Of a stretch of 64,000 bases of DNA, positions 1 to 8,358 are shown in pieces (within the stretch, counting starts at the first letter, position 1; every line of letters starts with the position of its first letter). The stretch covers positions 220-64,219 of the forward strand of contig DZBJ01000013.1 of assembly GCA_022736275.1 (NCBI GenBank), written 5' to 3'. The translations under genes were made by a program, and so were the position numbers. The notes under the pieces were generated by a model that did no database searches, had not been told where the DNA came from, and saw only the letters and a program-made list of their open reading frames with translations. This stretch comes from Rikenella microfusus. Its GTDB lineage: Bacteria; Bacteroidota; Bacteroidia; Bacteroidales; VadinHA17.

Positions 1-847
1 TCTTTCACTGTCACCAACTCCGGCGGTTGTGTTTCGGCACCTTCAGCCAATGCAGTCATCAATCCCCGGCCGGCTATACCATCACCTCCGGTGCCCGGCC
101 CCGTCACTCAGCCCTCATGTTCCTCTCCAACGGGAAGCGTGACGCTGTCAGACTTACCCTCTGAAGGGACCTGGACACTGACACGGTCGCCGGGAGGGGT
201 TATCACCACCGGAACCGGGACCAGCACCCTTGTAACAGGTCTTGAGCCGGGCACTTATACCTATACTGTCACAAACGAGGGAGGGTGTACCTCCGGTCCG
301 TCAGCAGATATTACAGTTATTGCCGGTCCTGACATACCCGGTGCGCCTGTGCCGGGAACAGTGACGCAGCCCTCCTGCAATATTTCAACAGGAAGTGTTT
401 TGCTTTCAGGCTTGCCGGCATCAGGATCATGGACGCTGACCCGTCAGCCTGACGGGGTGATATATTCCGGAACAGGGACGACTATTACAGTGACCGGGAT
501 AGAGGCGGGAACCTATACCTTCACAGTAAGAAACAGCATCGGGTGCCTCTCTGCTCCTTCAACCCCGGTAATAATTAATCCGCAACCATTAACACCCGCA
601 GCGCCCGTTCCGGGCACAATAACTCAGCCTACATGTGAGTTTCCGACAGGCAGCGCTGTAATTAACGGCCTGCCCGCAGAGGGTAACTGGACACTTACAC
701 GTTTCCCGGGCAGTATAACCGTACCAGCATCGGGAACTTCCTTTACCGTCCTTGGCCTTGATCCGGGTTCATACAATTTCACCGTTACCAACAGCGGAGG
801 CTGTACTTCGCCCGTCTCTGCCGATGTGGTCATCAATCCTCAGCCCG
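1..847 (+). repeat. Tandem coding repeats, period 258 nt (86 aa), 3 full copies plus 1 partial
   Basis: Conserved Cys at residues 10/96/182 and 66/152/238 of the ORF-track protein. Recurring PGxxTQPxC...WTLTR...GxYxFTVxN..GC motifs. Confidence 0.85.
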
Positions 848-1605
848 GCCCGTTCCCGACACTGGTTATAACTGATCCCGCCCCGGTGTGTCATCCCGGC
901 ACAGCCGACCTTACCCGTCCGGCAATAACCGCCGGTTCAACGCCAAACCTGATATTTACCTACTGGAGAGACATTCAGACCACCATGCCGTACACCACTC
1001 CTGCTGCTGCAACAGAAGGAATCTATTATATCAGGGGAACGATAAGCGGCGGATGCTCATCAGTCGCACCCGTTACTGTAAGGGTCCTTCAGCCCCCCAT
1101 TTCCGTCGCCGGTCCCGATCAGGAACTTACCTACATCTTTACAACAACACTGAATGCCAATGCCCCTGACGCAAACTCAACGGGTACATGGTCAGTGGAA
1201 GAGGGTTCGGGACTGTTTGCAGATCAGAATGACCCTGCAACCACGGTCAGCAGCCTGGGCCTGGGAGAGAATATACTTCTTTGGTCGGTCAGCAACAGTG
1301 TCTGCCCTCCGGCGCTTGACTATGTAAGTATCAATGTCATGAACCTACTCGTCCCTTCCCTGATCACACCCGACATGGATGGCATGAACGATTTTTTCTT
1401 CCTTGAGGGGATAGAGGCGCTCGGGAGGGTTGAGCTGACGGTGTTTGACAGGAGGGGTGCCCTTGTCTATGAGAACCTCGATTATGACAACCTGTGGCAC
1501 GGCACTGATTATAACGGAAAGCCTCTGCCGGACGACACATATTTCTATGTGCTCAGGGCAGACAACGGCCTTTCGATCAGCGGATATTTGTACGTCAGAC
1601 GCTGA
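1..1605 (+). CDS. Surface repeat protein (5' partial) with T9SS type B / gliding-motility-associated C-terminal sorting domain
   Basis: Frame 1 is open from base 1, and SFTVTNSGGCVSAPSANAVINP matches the internal repeat. The ORF-track start at 91 is therefore internal. Tandem 86-aa repeats are present. The C-terminus ITPDMDGMNDFFFLEG...LPDDTYFYVL fits the type B CTD pattern. Confidence 0.8.
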   Translation, partial: SFTVTNSGGCVSAPSANAVINPRPAIPSPPVPGPVTQPSCSSPTGSVTLSDLPSEGTWTLTRSPGGVITTGTGTSTLVTGLEPGTYTYTVTNEGGCTSGPSADITVIAGPDIPGAPVPGTVTQPSCNISTGSVLLSGLPASGSWTLTRQPDGVIYSGTGTTITVTGIEAGTYTFTVRNSIGCLSAPSTPVIINPQPLTPAAPVPGTITQPTCEFPTGSAVINGLPAEGNWTLTRFPGSITVPASGTSFTVLGLDPGSYNFTVTNSGGCTSPVSADVVINPQPGPFPTLVITDPAPVCHPGTADLTRPAITAGSTPNLIFTYWRDIQTTMPYTTPAAATEGIYYIRGTISGGCSSVAPVTVRVLQPPISVAGPDQELTYIFTTTLNANAPDANSTGTWSVEEGSGLFADQNDPATTVSSLGLGENILLWSVSNSVCPPALDYVSINVMNLLVPSLITPDMDGMNDFFFLEGIEALGRVELTVFDRRGALVYENLDYDNLWHGTDYNGKPLPDDTYFYVLRADNGLSISGYLYVRR

Positions 1606-1629
1606 TCATCGCTGACATAGAATTAAAAA

Positions 1630-1654
1630 GAGGGCGCCCATGAAAGGCGCCCTC
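1630..1654 (-). terminator. Intrinsic terminator hairpin between convergent genes (best oriented for susD)
   Basis: gagggcgcc/ggcgccctc 9-bp stem with a 7-nt loop. The AAAAA run on the + strand gives a U-run for the minus-strand transcript. Confidence 0.7.
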
Positions 1655-1677
1655 CCCGTGAAACTAAACCTTAGAAC

Positions 1678-3144
1678 CTAGTATTGCGGATTCTGCTGCG
1701 AGGCAATTGCCGGGTTGGCATCAAGCTCAGTCTGAGAGATCGGCAGTATAGCCTTGTAGAATGTCCGGTCGATCGTCTTGCTGCGGTGCGGTATGATAAC
1801 GGCCGGAGTTATGAACTCATCATTGTACTCAATGGTTTTGTTCAGACGGATCATGTCAAAATACCTGTGGCCCTCGGCAAAGAACTCCTTGCTCTTCTCA
1901 TCCATGATCATGTCAACGGTCACAGTTGCCTCATCTGCGAGCGCAAGAGCCGGAGCCCTCTTTCGGATTGCATTCAGATAGGTTGCAGCCTTGGTCTTGT
2001 CGGGAGTGGGAAGGCCAAGTGCAGCCTCAGCGGCAAGGAGATAGATCTCGGAGAGACGTATGACCTTTACGTTGACGGCTGAACGCGATGCCTTGTCACC
2101 CAGCAGGGCAGTGCCTCCGACATACTTCAGGCTTGAACCTAATCTTGTGGGGGAGGACTCATCAAAGTCCATTATTCCCCAGCGCACATCGGAAGCATCC
2201 TCAGACATGCGGGTGATCCAGTAATCGCTTGCCATGAACCAGCCCATCGCTCCCGTGACCTTACCCAGTCGCAGAAGGTAATATCCGAGTGAAGCAGTTG
2301 TCAGGTCTGCTTCGGCAGGATAAATTGCCAGTTCAAAGATCGACTCCGAGCCGAAGGGGGTTGCCCATGACCCTACCCAGTTGGCATTTGAATAGAGTGA
2401 ATACTTGCCGCTGGTGATGATCTCCTCGGCAGCTGCAAGGGCAGCAGTATAATTGCCCATGAAAAGATGCACCCTTGCCTCGATGGCCTTGTTTGCGTAA
2501 TAATTCGGATAGCCGTTAACCTTATTCTTGGACAATAGGGGCGCGGCATCGGCAAGGTCCTTCAAAATCTGTATGTAAACAGCTTCCACTGAGGCCCTCG
2601 TCGGCTGGGCTGAAGCATCAAGCGGTTCAAGTACCAACGGTACACCGTATGATGCCTTGTCCATGTTATAGGGCTTGCCGTATATCCTGACAAGGTCGAA
2701 ATACATCAGCGCACGGGCAGTAAGAGCCTGTCCTTTGTAGTCAGCCAGTGCAGCTGTTCCGCCGCCATCAGTCTCAATCTTCTGAATATTCAGGATCAGG
2801 TTATTGGCCTGCAGAATGTTGTGGTATATCTGTGTCCAGAAACCGGAGCCTGAATTCGAGGTGGCTGAATGATTAAACGAATAGTAATAATCGAGCCCCC
2901 TGCCCTGTGAACGGATTGCAAAATCGCCTCCCTTGGCATCGCCGAAGATGACGAAATTACGACCGTAATAGTCGGAAGAGGTCATTTTTCTCATCAGACC
3001 ATTGATCGCCACCTTGGCATCAGCTGCATTGAGGATCGAGGTCTCAGAGTCCGCCAGGTTGCTGGGTTTGACGTCAAGGAAATCTTCACATGATGTGATC
3101 AGCATGACTCCAAGTACCGAAAGTATGATTGTTATCTTTTTCAT
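1678..3144 (-). CDS. susD: SusD/RagB family nutrient-binding outer-membrane lipoprotein
   Basis: Lipoprotein signal MKKITIILSVLGVMLITSCEDFLDVKPSN, typical of the SusD N-terminus. 488 aa. Lies 18 nt downstream of a SusC gene. Confidence 0.9.
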   Translation of the reverse strand: MKKITIILSVLGVMLITSCEDFLDVKPSNLADSETSILNAADAKVAINGLMRKMTSSDYYGRNFVIFGDAKGGDFAIRSQGRGLDYYYSFNHSATSNSGSGFWTQIYHNILQANNLILNIQKIETDGGGTAALADYKGQALTARALMYFDLVRIYGKPYNMDKASYGVPLVLEPLDASAQPTRASVEAVYIQILKDLADAAPLLSKNKVNGYPNYYANKAIEARVHLFMGNYTAALAAAEEIITSGKYSLYSNANWVGSWATPFGSESIFELAIYPAEADLTTASLGYYLLRLGKVTGAMGWFMASDYWITRMSEDASDVRWGIMDFDESSPTRLGSSLKYVGGTALLGDKASRSAVNVKVIRLSEIYLLAAEAALGLPTPDKTKAATYLNAIRKRAPALALADEATVTVDMIMDEKSKEFFAEGHRYFDMIRLNKTIEYNDEFITPAVIIPHRSKTIDRTFYKAILPISQTELDANPAIASQQNPQY

Positions 3145-3162
3145 CGTAGTACCTTTTTAAGA

Positions 3163-6100
3163 TTAGAAACTGGCTTCAATGCCGAATGTATAAGTCTTGC
3201 CTATCGGCATCTCCCATCCCCTGGAACCATATTCGTTCACCTCCGGGTCATACACCTTGTATGCGGCAAGAGTCAATAGGTTGGCGCCGTTGAAGTATAT
3301 CCTCGCCCCTGACATTTTTGCCTTGTTCACCAAACTTGAAGGAAGATTATAACCGAGGGTTATACTCTTGAGTCTTGTAAAGTCAGCAGGATGCATGTGC
3401 CTGCTGCTCTTCTGGTTGACATCTTCAAAGTCGACTGCGACCCTCTGCGGATATTTGGCGTCCTTGTTCTCGGGAGTCCATCTGTTTTCATATGCATCGA
3501 GTGACATGATCCTTTCCCAGTAGTAGCCGTCATCATTTATATCTCTTCCGGCAGCATCATAGGTATACCCTCCCAGTTTGTAGATGAAGTTAAGTGACAA
3601 TGACACTCCTTTCCATCCCAGGTCCGTGTTGAAACCTCCAAAGAGCTTGGGATGAACATCACCGAGAATTTTTTCAGAAGCCAGTGTGTAATCATAAGTA
3701 GCCGGTCTGCCGTCAATCGTCAGGTCAGGTGTGACATCATTGTTGAGGAACCAAACGTTGACGCCGGTCTCCCTTTCAACTCCCGCCCATTCGCGTCCGT
3801 AGATTGCCAGCGTTGATTCACCTTCCTTATAAATGAACTTCGTACGGTTGTCACCTCCGGTTGGTTCGTACCAGATGATGTTCTGTCCGCTATAAAGCTT
3901 GGTAACCGTCGATTTCACGCGCGATGCAGTCAGTCCTGCAGTCCATATGAAATCACCGCTTTTCATTATCTGTCCGTAAAGTTCCATCTCAATACCCCGG
4001 TTATTGATCTCACCGACATTCCTCAGTGTTGAGCTGAACCCGGTCACGGTTGAAATGGGCACATCCTGCAGAAGGTTCCTTGAGTCCCTGTCGAAATACT
4101 CCAGCGTACCTGTCAGTTTCTGTTCAAACAGCCCGAACTCGAGAGCGATGTTGTACGTGTAGCTTGTCTCCCAGGAGAGGTTCGCATCAGCGATGGTGCT
4201 GACCCCGCCGCCCGGCTGCTCCATATACTTGCTGGCATAGCTGGTCAGTGACCGCCATCCGTAATTTGCCGCGGGAAGGGTGCCGTTGACGCCATAGGAT
4301 GCCCTGAGTTTCAGACTGCTTATGACCGGAAGACCTTCCATGAAGCTCTCCCTGTCAATCCTCCATGACCCAGCAACGGACCAGAAGTTACCCCAGCGGG
4401 TTTCCGGACCGAGCTTTGATGATCCGTCGCGACGGAATGAACCTGACACATAATATTTGTTGTCATAGTTGTATTCCAGGCGTGACAGAAATGAAGCGAT
4501 AGTGTTGCCCCAGTAGTATGCGCTGGCATCAAGCTTGCCTGCTGTTGCCACCGTATGGAGAGCGCTTGTTGGCAGGTTGGTGCCTGTGGACCTCATGTAG
4601 TCAGTCTGGTTTCTGTCAACCTCCCATCCGGCCAGAGCACCCAGGGTATGAACACCTGCAAATGTCTTGCTATAATTCAGAGTCGTTGAGGAGAGGATCT
4701 CATTGATCTTGTTGCTGCTCTCAGTCACCGAGCCTCCCACGCTTGATCCGCTGAAATGAAGTGCACTGTAGTACAGATGGTCGAAGGTCTGTGTGTTGTC
4801 AAATGACAAAACTGACCTCAGGTTGAGTTCCGGAAGGATCTGGATGTTTACAGTCTCATTGGCCAAAACCCTCTGTGTCTTGGACCAGTTCTCCCACTGT
4901 GTGTTGTAATAGATCGGGTTGTAGGCATAACTTCCGTACCTCGCTGTCCAGGGATCTCCTGTAACATAGTCTGTAGGCCAGTACATACCCCACAGCAGGT
5001 TGCGGCTCTGAAGAAAATAGTTATTGCCGAGGGCACGGGTATCATTAAACCCCTCCTTGCCGCTCGACGAAATGTTCACATTTGTAGTGAAATCCACGAA
5101 CTTCCCGACCTTCTGATTGAAGTTGATCCTGCCGGTGATACGGTCAAAACTGTTGATCACACTGCGACCCAGATCATTGGTGTATGAAAATGAGGTATAG
5201 TAGTTTGAGTTTTCCGTACCGCCGCTGACAGAGACGTCATACGACTGAAATACGGCTGTGCGGAAAAGCTCCTTCTCCCAGTCGAAATACTGTCCGGCTC
5301 TCTCACCACTTATTGTAAGTGAATTTACGGTATTATCAGGTGCCGTGAAGATGTACCCGTGCTTATTGAACCTCTTGTTCAGCTGGAAAAGAGCACCTGT
5401 ACTGGCTTCCTCGTAGGTGTCGCCTTCATAATAGACCCCTGCGTTCCAAAAGTTTTCATAGTACATTTCGATCTGCTGATCAGTGCTGGCAGCCTCATAA
5501 TTGTCAGTGGCAAATGAGGGAGTGAAACCAACAGATGCCTTGAAGTTGACCATGGGTTTGCCCTTCTTGCCCTGCTTGGTGGTAATGACGATAACGCCGT
5601 TTGCAGCCCTGGATCCGTAAAGCGCAGATGCGGCAGCATCTTTCAGTACGGTGATCGACTCAATGTCATTCGGATTGATGGTATTCATCACGTTGCTGGT
5701 GGTGTAGTTACCCATCTGCGAAACGTTACCAGAGATAACCGGGACTCCGTCTACAACGTACAACGGCTCGTTGGAGGCGTTCATTGATCCTACCCCGCGA
5801 ACCCTGATTGAGGAGGTTGAGCCTGCCTGTCCTGACAGTGTAGTTACCTGCAGACCGGCGATCTTTCCTCCCATGGCATTCTCAAATGAGAGGGTAGGCA
5901 CATCCTTGATTGCATCAGCCTTGACCACACTGGCAGCGCCGGTGAAGGTCCCCCTCGTAGAAGTACCATAAGCCACAACGATGACCTCATCAAGCGCAAG
6001 AGCGTCTGTTTCCATCTCGACATTGACCACAGTACGGCCGGCAACAGGGATCTCCTGCGTCTTGTATCCCACATAGCTGAAGATCAGCACAGCATTGGAG

Positions 6101-6294
6101 GGGAGATCGCTGATGGAATATCTGCCGTCAGCATCAGTGTTTGTTCCGACTCCCCTGGAACCCTTCAGCAGCACCACTGCATAAGGGATAGGAGAACCAT
6201 CTTCAGAGGCGGTTACCGTTCCGGTAACACGTGTCTGCGCCATGCCGGCATTGACCAGCAATACCGACAAGAAAATGAAGATCAGTTTTTTCAT
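3163..6294 (-). CDS. susC: SusC/RagA family TonB-dependent outer-membrane receptor
   Basis: 1043 aa with a signal peptide. N-terminal CarboxypepD_reg-like segment (VTGTVTASEDGSPIPYAVVLLKG...DADGRYSI), plug region, and C-terminal ...TYTFGIEASF barrel end. Confidence 0.92.
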   Translation of the reverse strand: MKKLIFIFLSVLLVNAGMAQTRVTGTVTASEDGSPIPYAVVLLKGSRGVGTNTDADGRYSISDLPSNAVLIFSYVGYKTQEIPVAGRTVVNVEMETDALALDEVIVVAYGTSTRGTFTGAASVVKADAIKDVPTLSFENAMGGKIAGLQVTTLSGQAGSTSSIRVRGVGSMNASNEPLYVVDGVPVISGNVSQMGNYTTSNVMNTINPNDIESITVLKDAAASALYGSRAANGVIVITTKQGKKGKPMVNFKASVGFTPSFATDNYEAASTDQQIEMYYENFWNAGVYYEGDTYEEASTGALFQLNKRFNKHGYIFTAPDNTVNSLTISGERAGQYFDWEKELFRTAVFQSYDVSVSGGTENSNYYTSFSYTNDLGRSVINSFDRITGRINFNQKVGKFVDFTTNVNISSSGKEGFNDTRALGNNYFLQSRNLLWGMYWPTDYVTGDPWTARYGSYAYNPIYYNTQWENWSKTQRVLANETVNIQILPELNLRSVLSFDNTQTFDHLYYSALHFSGSSVGGSVTESSNKINEILSSTTLNYSKTFAGVHTLGALAGWEVDRNQTDYMRSTGTNLPTSALHTVATAGKLDASAYYWGNTIASFLSRLEYNYDNKYYVSGSFRRDGSSKLGPETRWGNFWSVAGSWRIDRESFMEGLPVISSLKLRASYGVNGTLPAANYGWRSLTSYASKYMEQPGGGVSTIADANLSWETSYTYNIALEFGLFEQKLTGTLEYFDRDSRNLLQDVPISTVTGFSSTLRNVGEINNRGIEMELYGQIMKSGDFIWTAGLTASRVKSTVTKLYSGQNIIWYEPTGGDNRTKFIYKEGESTLAIYGREWAGVERETGVNVWFLNNDVTPDLTIDGRPATYDYTLASEKILGDVHPKLFGGFNTDLGWKGVSLSLNFIYKLGGYTYDAAGRDINDDGYYWERIMSLDAYENRWTPENKDAKYPQRVAVDFEDVNQKSSRHMHPADFTRLKSITLGYNLPSSLVNKAKMSGARIYFNGANLLTLAAYKVYDPEVNEYGSRGWEMPIGKTYTFGIEASF

Positions 6295-6558
6295 GGAGAA
6301 AGCGCGTTAGTTTAATGGTTTACCCTCACAAGTTACAACATAATTAAATTCAATAAAAAAAATTTGTATTACATCATATGTGTTTAAAAGCATAGGGATG
6401 CGACTGCACATGAAATGCTGCATCATGCAGAATCAATGAGGCCGGGAGCAGTTTTCGCCTGGCTTATGGAATCGCTTTCAGAGCGATGATATCACCTCTT
6501 AATATGTCATACAAAAATCCAGGGAGAGCATAATTTTACAATATCCCCGGAAATAAAT

Positions 6559-6566
6559 TAAATTTG
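6559..6566 (+). promoter_or_regulatory. Bacteroidota -7 promoter box TAAATTTG (TAnnTTTG)
   Basis: Exact consensus match 57 nt upstream of the 6623 start. Confidence 0.4.
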
Positions 6567-6622
6567 TTACAGACAGAAACAATCTCTCTTTTCTGAATTA
6601 TTTAACCAAATCTGACCCTGAA

Positions 6623-8284
6623 ATGAGACTTTTAAAAGCATTTGTACCTGTAATATTGATTTTTTTCGGCTGCTCATCACCAGTCAAGTATGATCTCCTT
6701 ATCAAAAACGGCAATATAACTGACGGATCCGGATCGGCATCATTTACCGGGGATATTGGTATTATGTCTGACACCATTGCGGCCATCGGTGATCTGAAGA
6801 ATGCCAGGGGCATAACCGAGATTGATGCGACGGGAATGACCGTGGCCCCGGGGTTCATCAATATGCTCAGCTGGGCGGTGGAGTCGCTGATTGAGGATGG
6901 CAGATCAATGGGCGATATAATGCAGGGAGTGACACTGGAGGTGCTTGGTGAGAGTGACTCCTGGGGGCCGTGGAACGAGAGTATGAAACAGGATATTAAG
7001 GCATCGCAGGGTGATATAAAATATGAAATTGAATGGACCACCCTGGGTGAATACCTGGAATATCTCGAGAAGAAGGGCGTCTCAACGAACATAGCATCGT
7101 TTGTCGGCACCTCAACCCTGCGGATCCACCAGGTGGGGTATGACGACCGGCCGCCCACCGCTGCAGAGATGGACTCGATGAAGCTGCTTGTAAGGCAGGC
7201 TATGGAGGAAGGTGCCATCGGCGTAAGCTCGGCCCTGGAATATATTCCTGCAAGCTTCGCCTCCACGGAGGAGCTTGCTGAGCTTTGCCGCGTGGCTGTT
7301 GAGTATGACGGAATGTATATCTCGCATATAAGAAACGAGGATGAAACATTCCTTGAGGCTATCCATGACTTTCTGAGAATACCCGGTGAAACCGGAATCA
7401 GGTCGGAAATATATCATCTCAAGCAGGTGGGCCGGACAAACTGGAACAAGCTTGACCCGGCAATCGCAAAGATTGACTCGGCACGTGCAGCAGGTCTTAA
7501 TATAACTGCCGATATGTACAACTATCCGGCGAGCTCTACCGGATTAGGAATAATAATGCCGGAATGGGTCCAGGAGGGCGGATTTGAAAAGTGGGTCGCC
7601 AGGCTTAAGGACCCGGCCGTAAGGAAGGTGGTGGGGCCGGAAATCATCAAAACAATCATGAGGAAGCAGGGTTCCCCGGAAAAGGTGCTGGTCATCGGCT
7701 TCGATACCGATTCGCTTAAATACCTACAGGGCAAAACGCTTGCTGAGATTGCCGCCATGAGAGGTAAATCTCCCGAAGAGACGGTGATGGACCTGGTTAT
7801 TGACGACAACAGCAATGTCACCGCTGTCTTCTTCTCAATGTCGGAAGACAACCTGCGTAAGCAGATCGCACAGCCCTGGATGAGCTTCGGCTCCGACGGC
7901 AAGTCGATGGCACCCGAGGGTGTTTTCCTTAAGACGGCCACTCACCCGCGGGCATATGGAAACTTCGCAAGGCTGCTGGGAAAATATGTCCGTGATGAGC
8001 AGGTCATCACCCTCGAGGAGGCGGTCCGCAGGCTGACCTCCCTTCCTGCATCTAATATGAAAATTGATAAACGCGGTGCGTTGAAGGAGGGTTACTATGC
8101 CGACATTGTGGTCTTCGACCCTGCTAAGATACAGGATCATTCAACCTTTGAAGATCCACATCAGCTTTCGACAGGCATGACGCATGTCTTTGTCAACGGG
8201 GAGCAGGTGCTGCGTGACGGAGAACATACCGGCGCCACCCCCGGCCGCGTGGTCCGCGGACCGGGCTATAAAGGCCGCAAATGA
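6623..8284 (+). CDS. N-acyl-D-amino-acid deacylase (D-aminoacylase) family amidohydrolase, lipoprotein
   Basis: YDLLIKNGNITDGSG...ATGMTVAPGFINMLSW N-terminus and overall 553-aa layout typical of D-aminoacylases. Signal with FFGCSSP lipobox. Confidence 0.8.
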   Translation: MRLLKAFVPVILIFFGCSSPVKYDLLIKNGNITDGSGSASFTGDIGIMSDTIAAIGDLKNARGITEIDATGMTVAPGFINMLSWAVESLIEDGRSMGDIMQGVTLEVLGESDSWGPWNESMKQDIKASQGDIKYEIEWTTLGEYLEYLEKKGVSTNIASFVGTSTLRIHQVGYDDRPPTAAEMDSMKLLVRQAMEEGAIGVSSALEYIPASFASTEELAELCRVAVEYDGMYISHIRNEDETFLEAIHDFLRIPGETGIRSEIYHLKQVGRTNWNKLDPAIAKIDSARAAGLNITADMYNYPASSTGLGIIMPEWVQEGGFEKWVARLKDPAVRKVVGPEIIKTIMRKQGSPEKVLVIGFDTDSLKYLQGKTLAEIAAMRGKSPEETVMDLVIDDNSNVTAVFFSMSEDNLRKQIAQPWMSFGSDGKSMAPEGVFLKTATHPRAYGNFARLLGKYVRDEQVITLEEAVRRLTSLPASNMKIDKRGALKEGYYADIVVFDPAKIQDHSTFEDPHQLSTGMTHVFVNGEQVLRDGEHTGATPGRVVRGPGYKGRK

Positions 8285-8358
8285 CCTCAGTCAATCTTAC
8301 TTCTTCCTGAAAATCAGGTTTAAAAGTACCAATATAAAAATGGCACCGGTTGTAACGG

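Noticed and set aside
6400-6430. Tiny Cys-containing ORF (MKCCIMQNQ) in the susC/aminoacylase divergent region
   Set aside because: It is 9 codons long, has no ribosome-binding context I can evaluate, and is easily a chance occurrence.
6598-7266. 222-aa antisense ORF opposite the D-aminoacylase gene. Similar long antisense ORFs occur at 19642-20169, 21378-21911, 49748-50224, 52678-53331 and 55453-56124.
   Set aside because: These are shadow ORFs opposite well-supported genes. They are rich in Ser/Arg/Pro/Gly low-complexity sequence and have no motifs.
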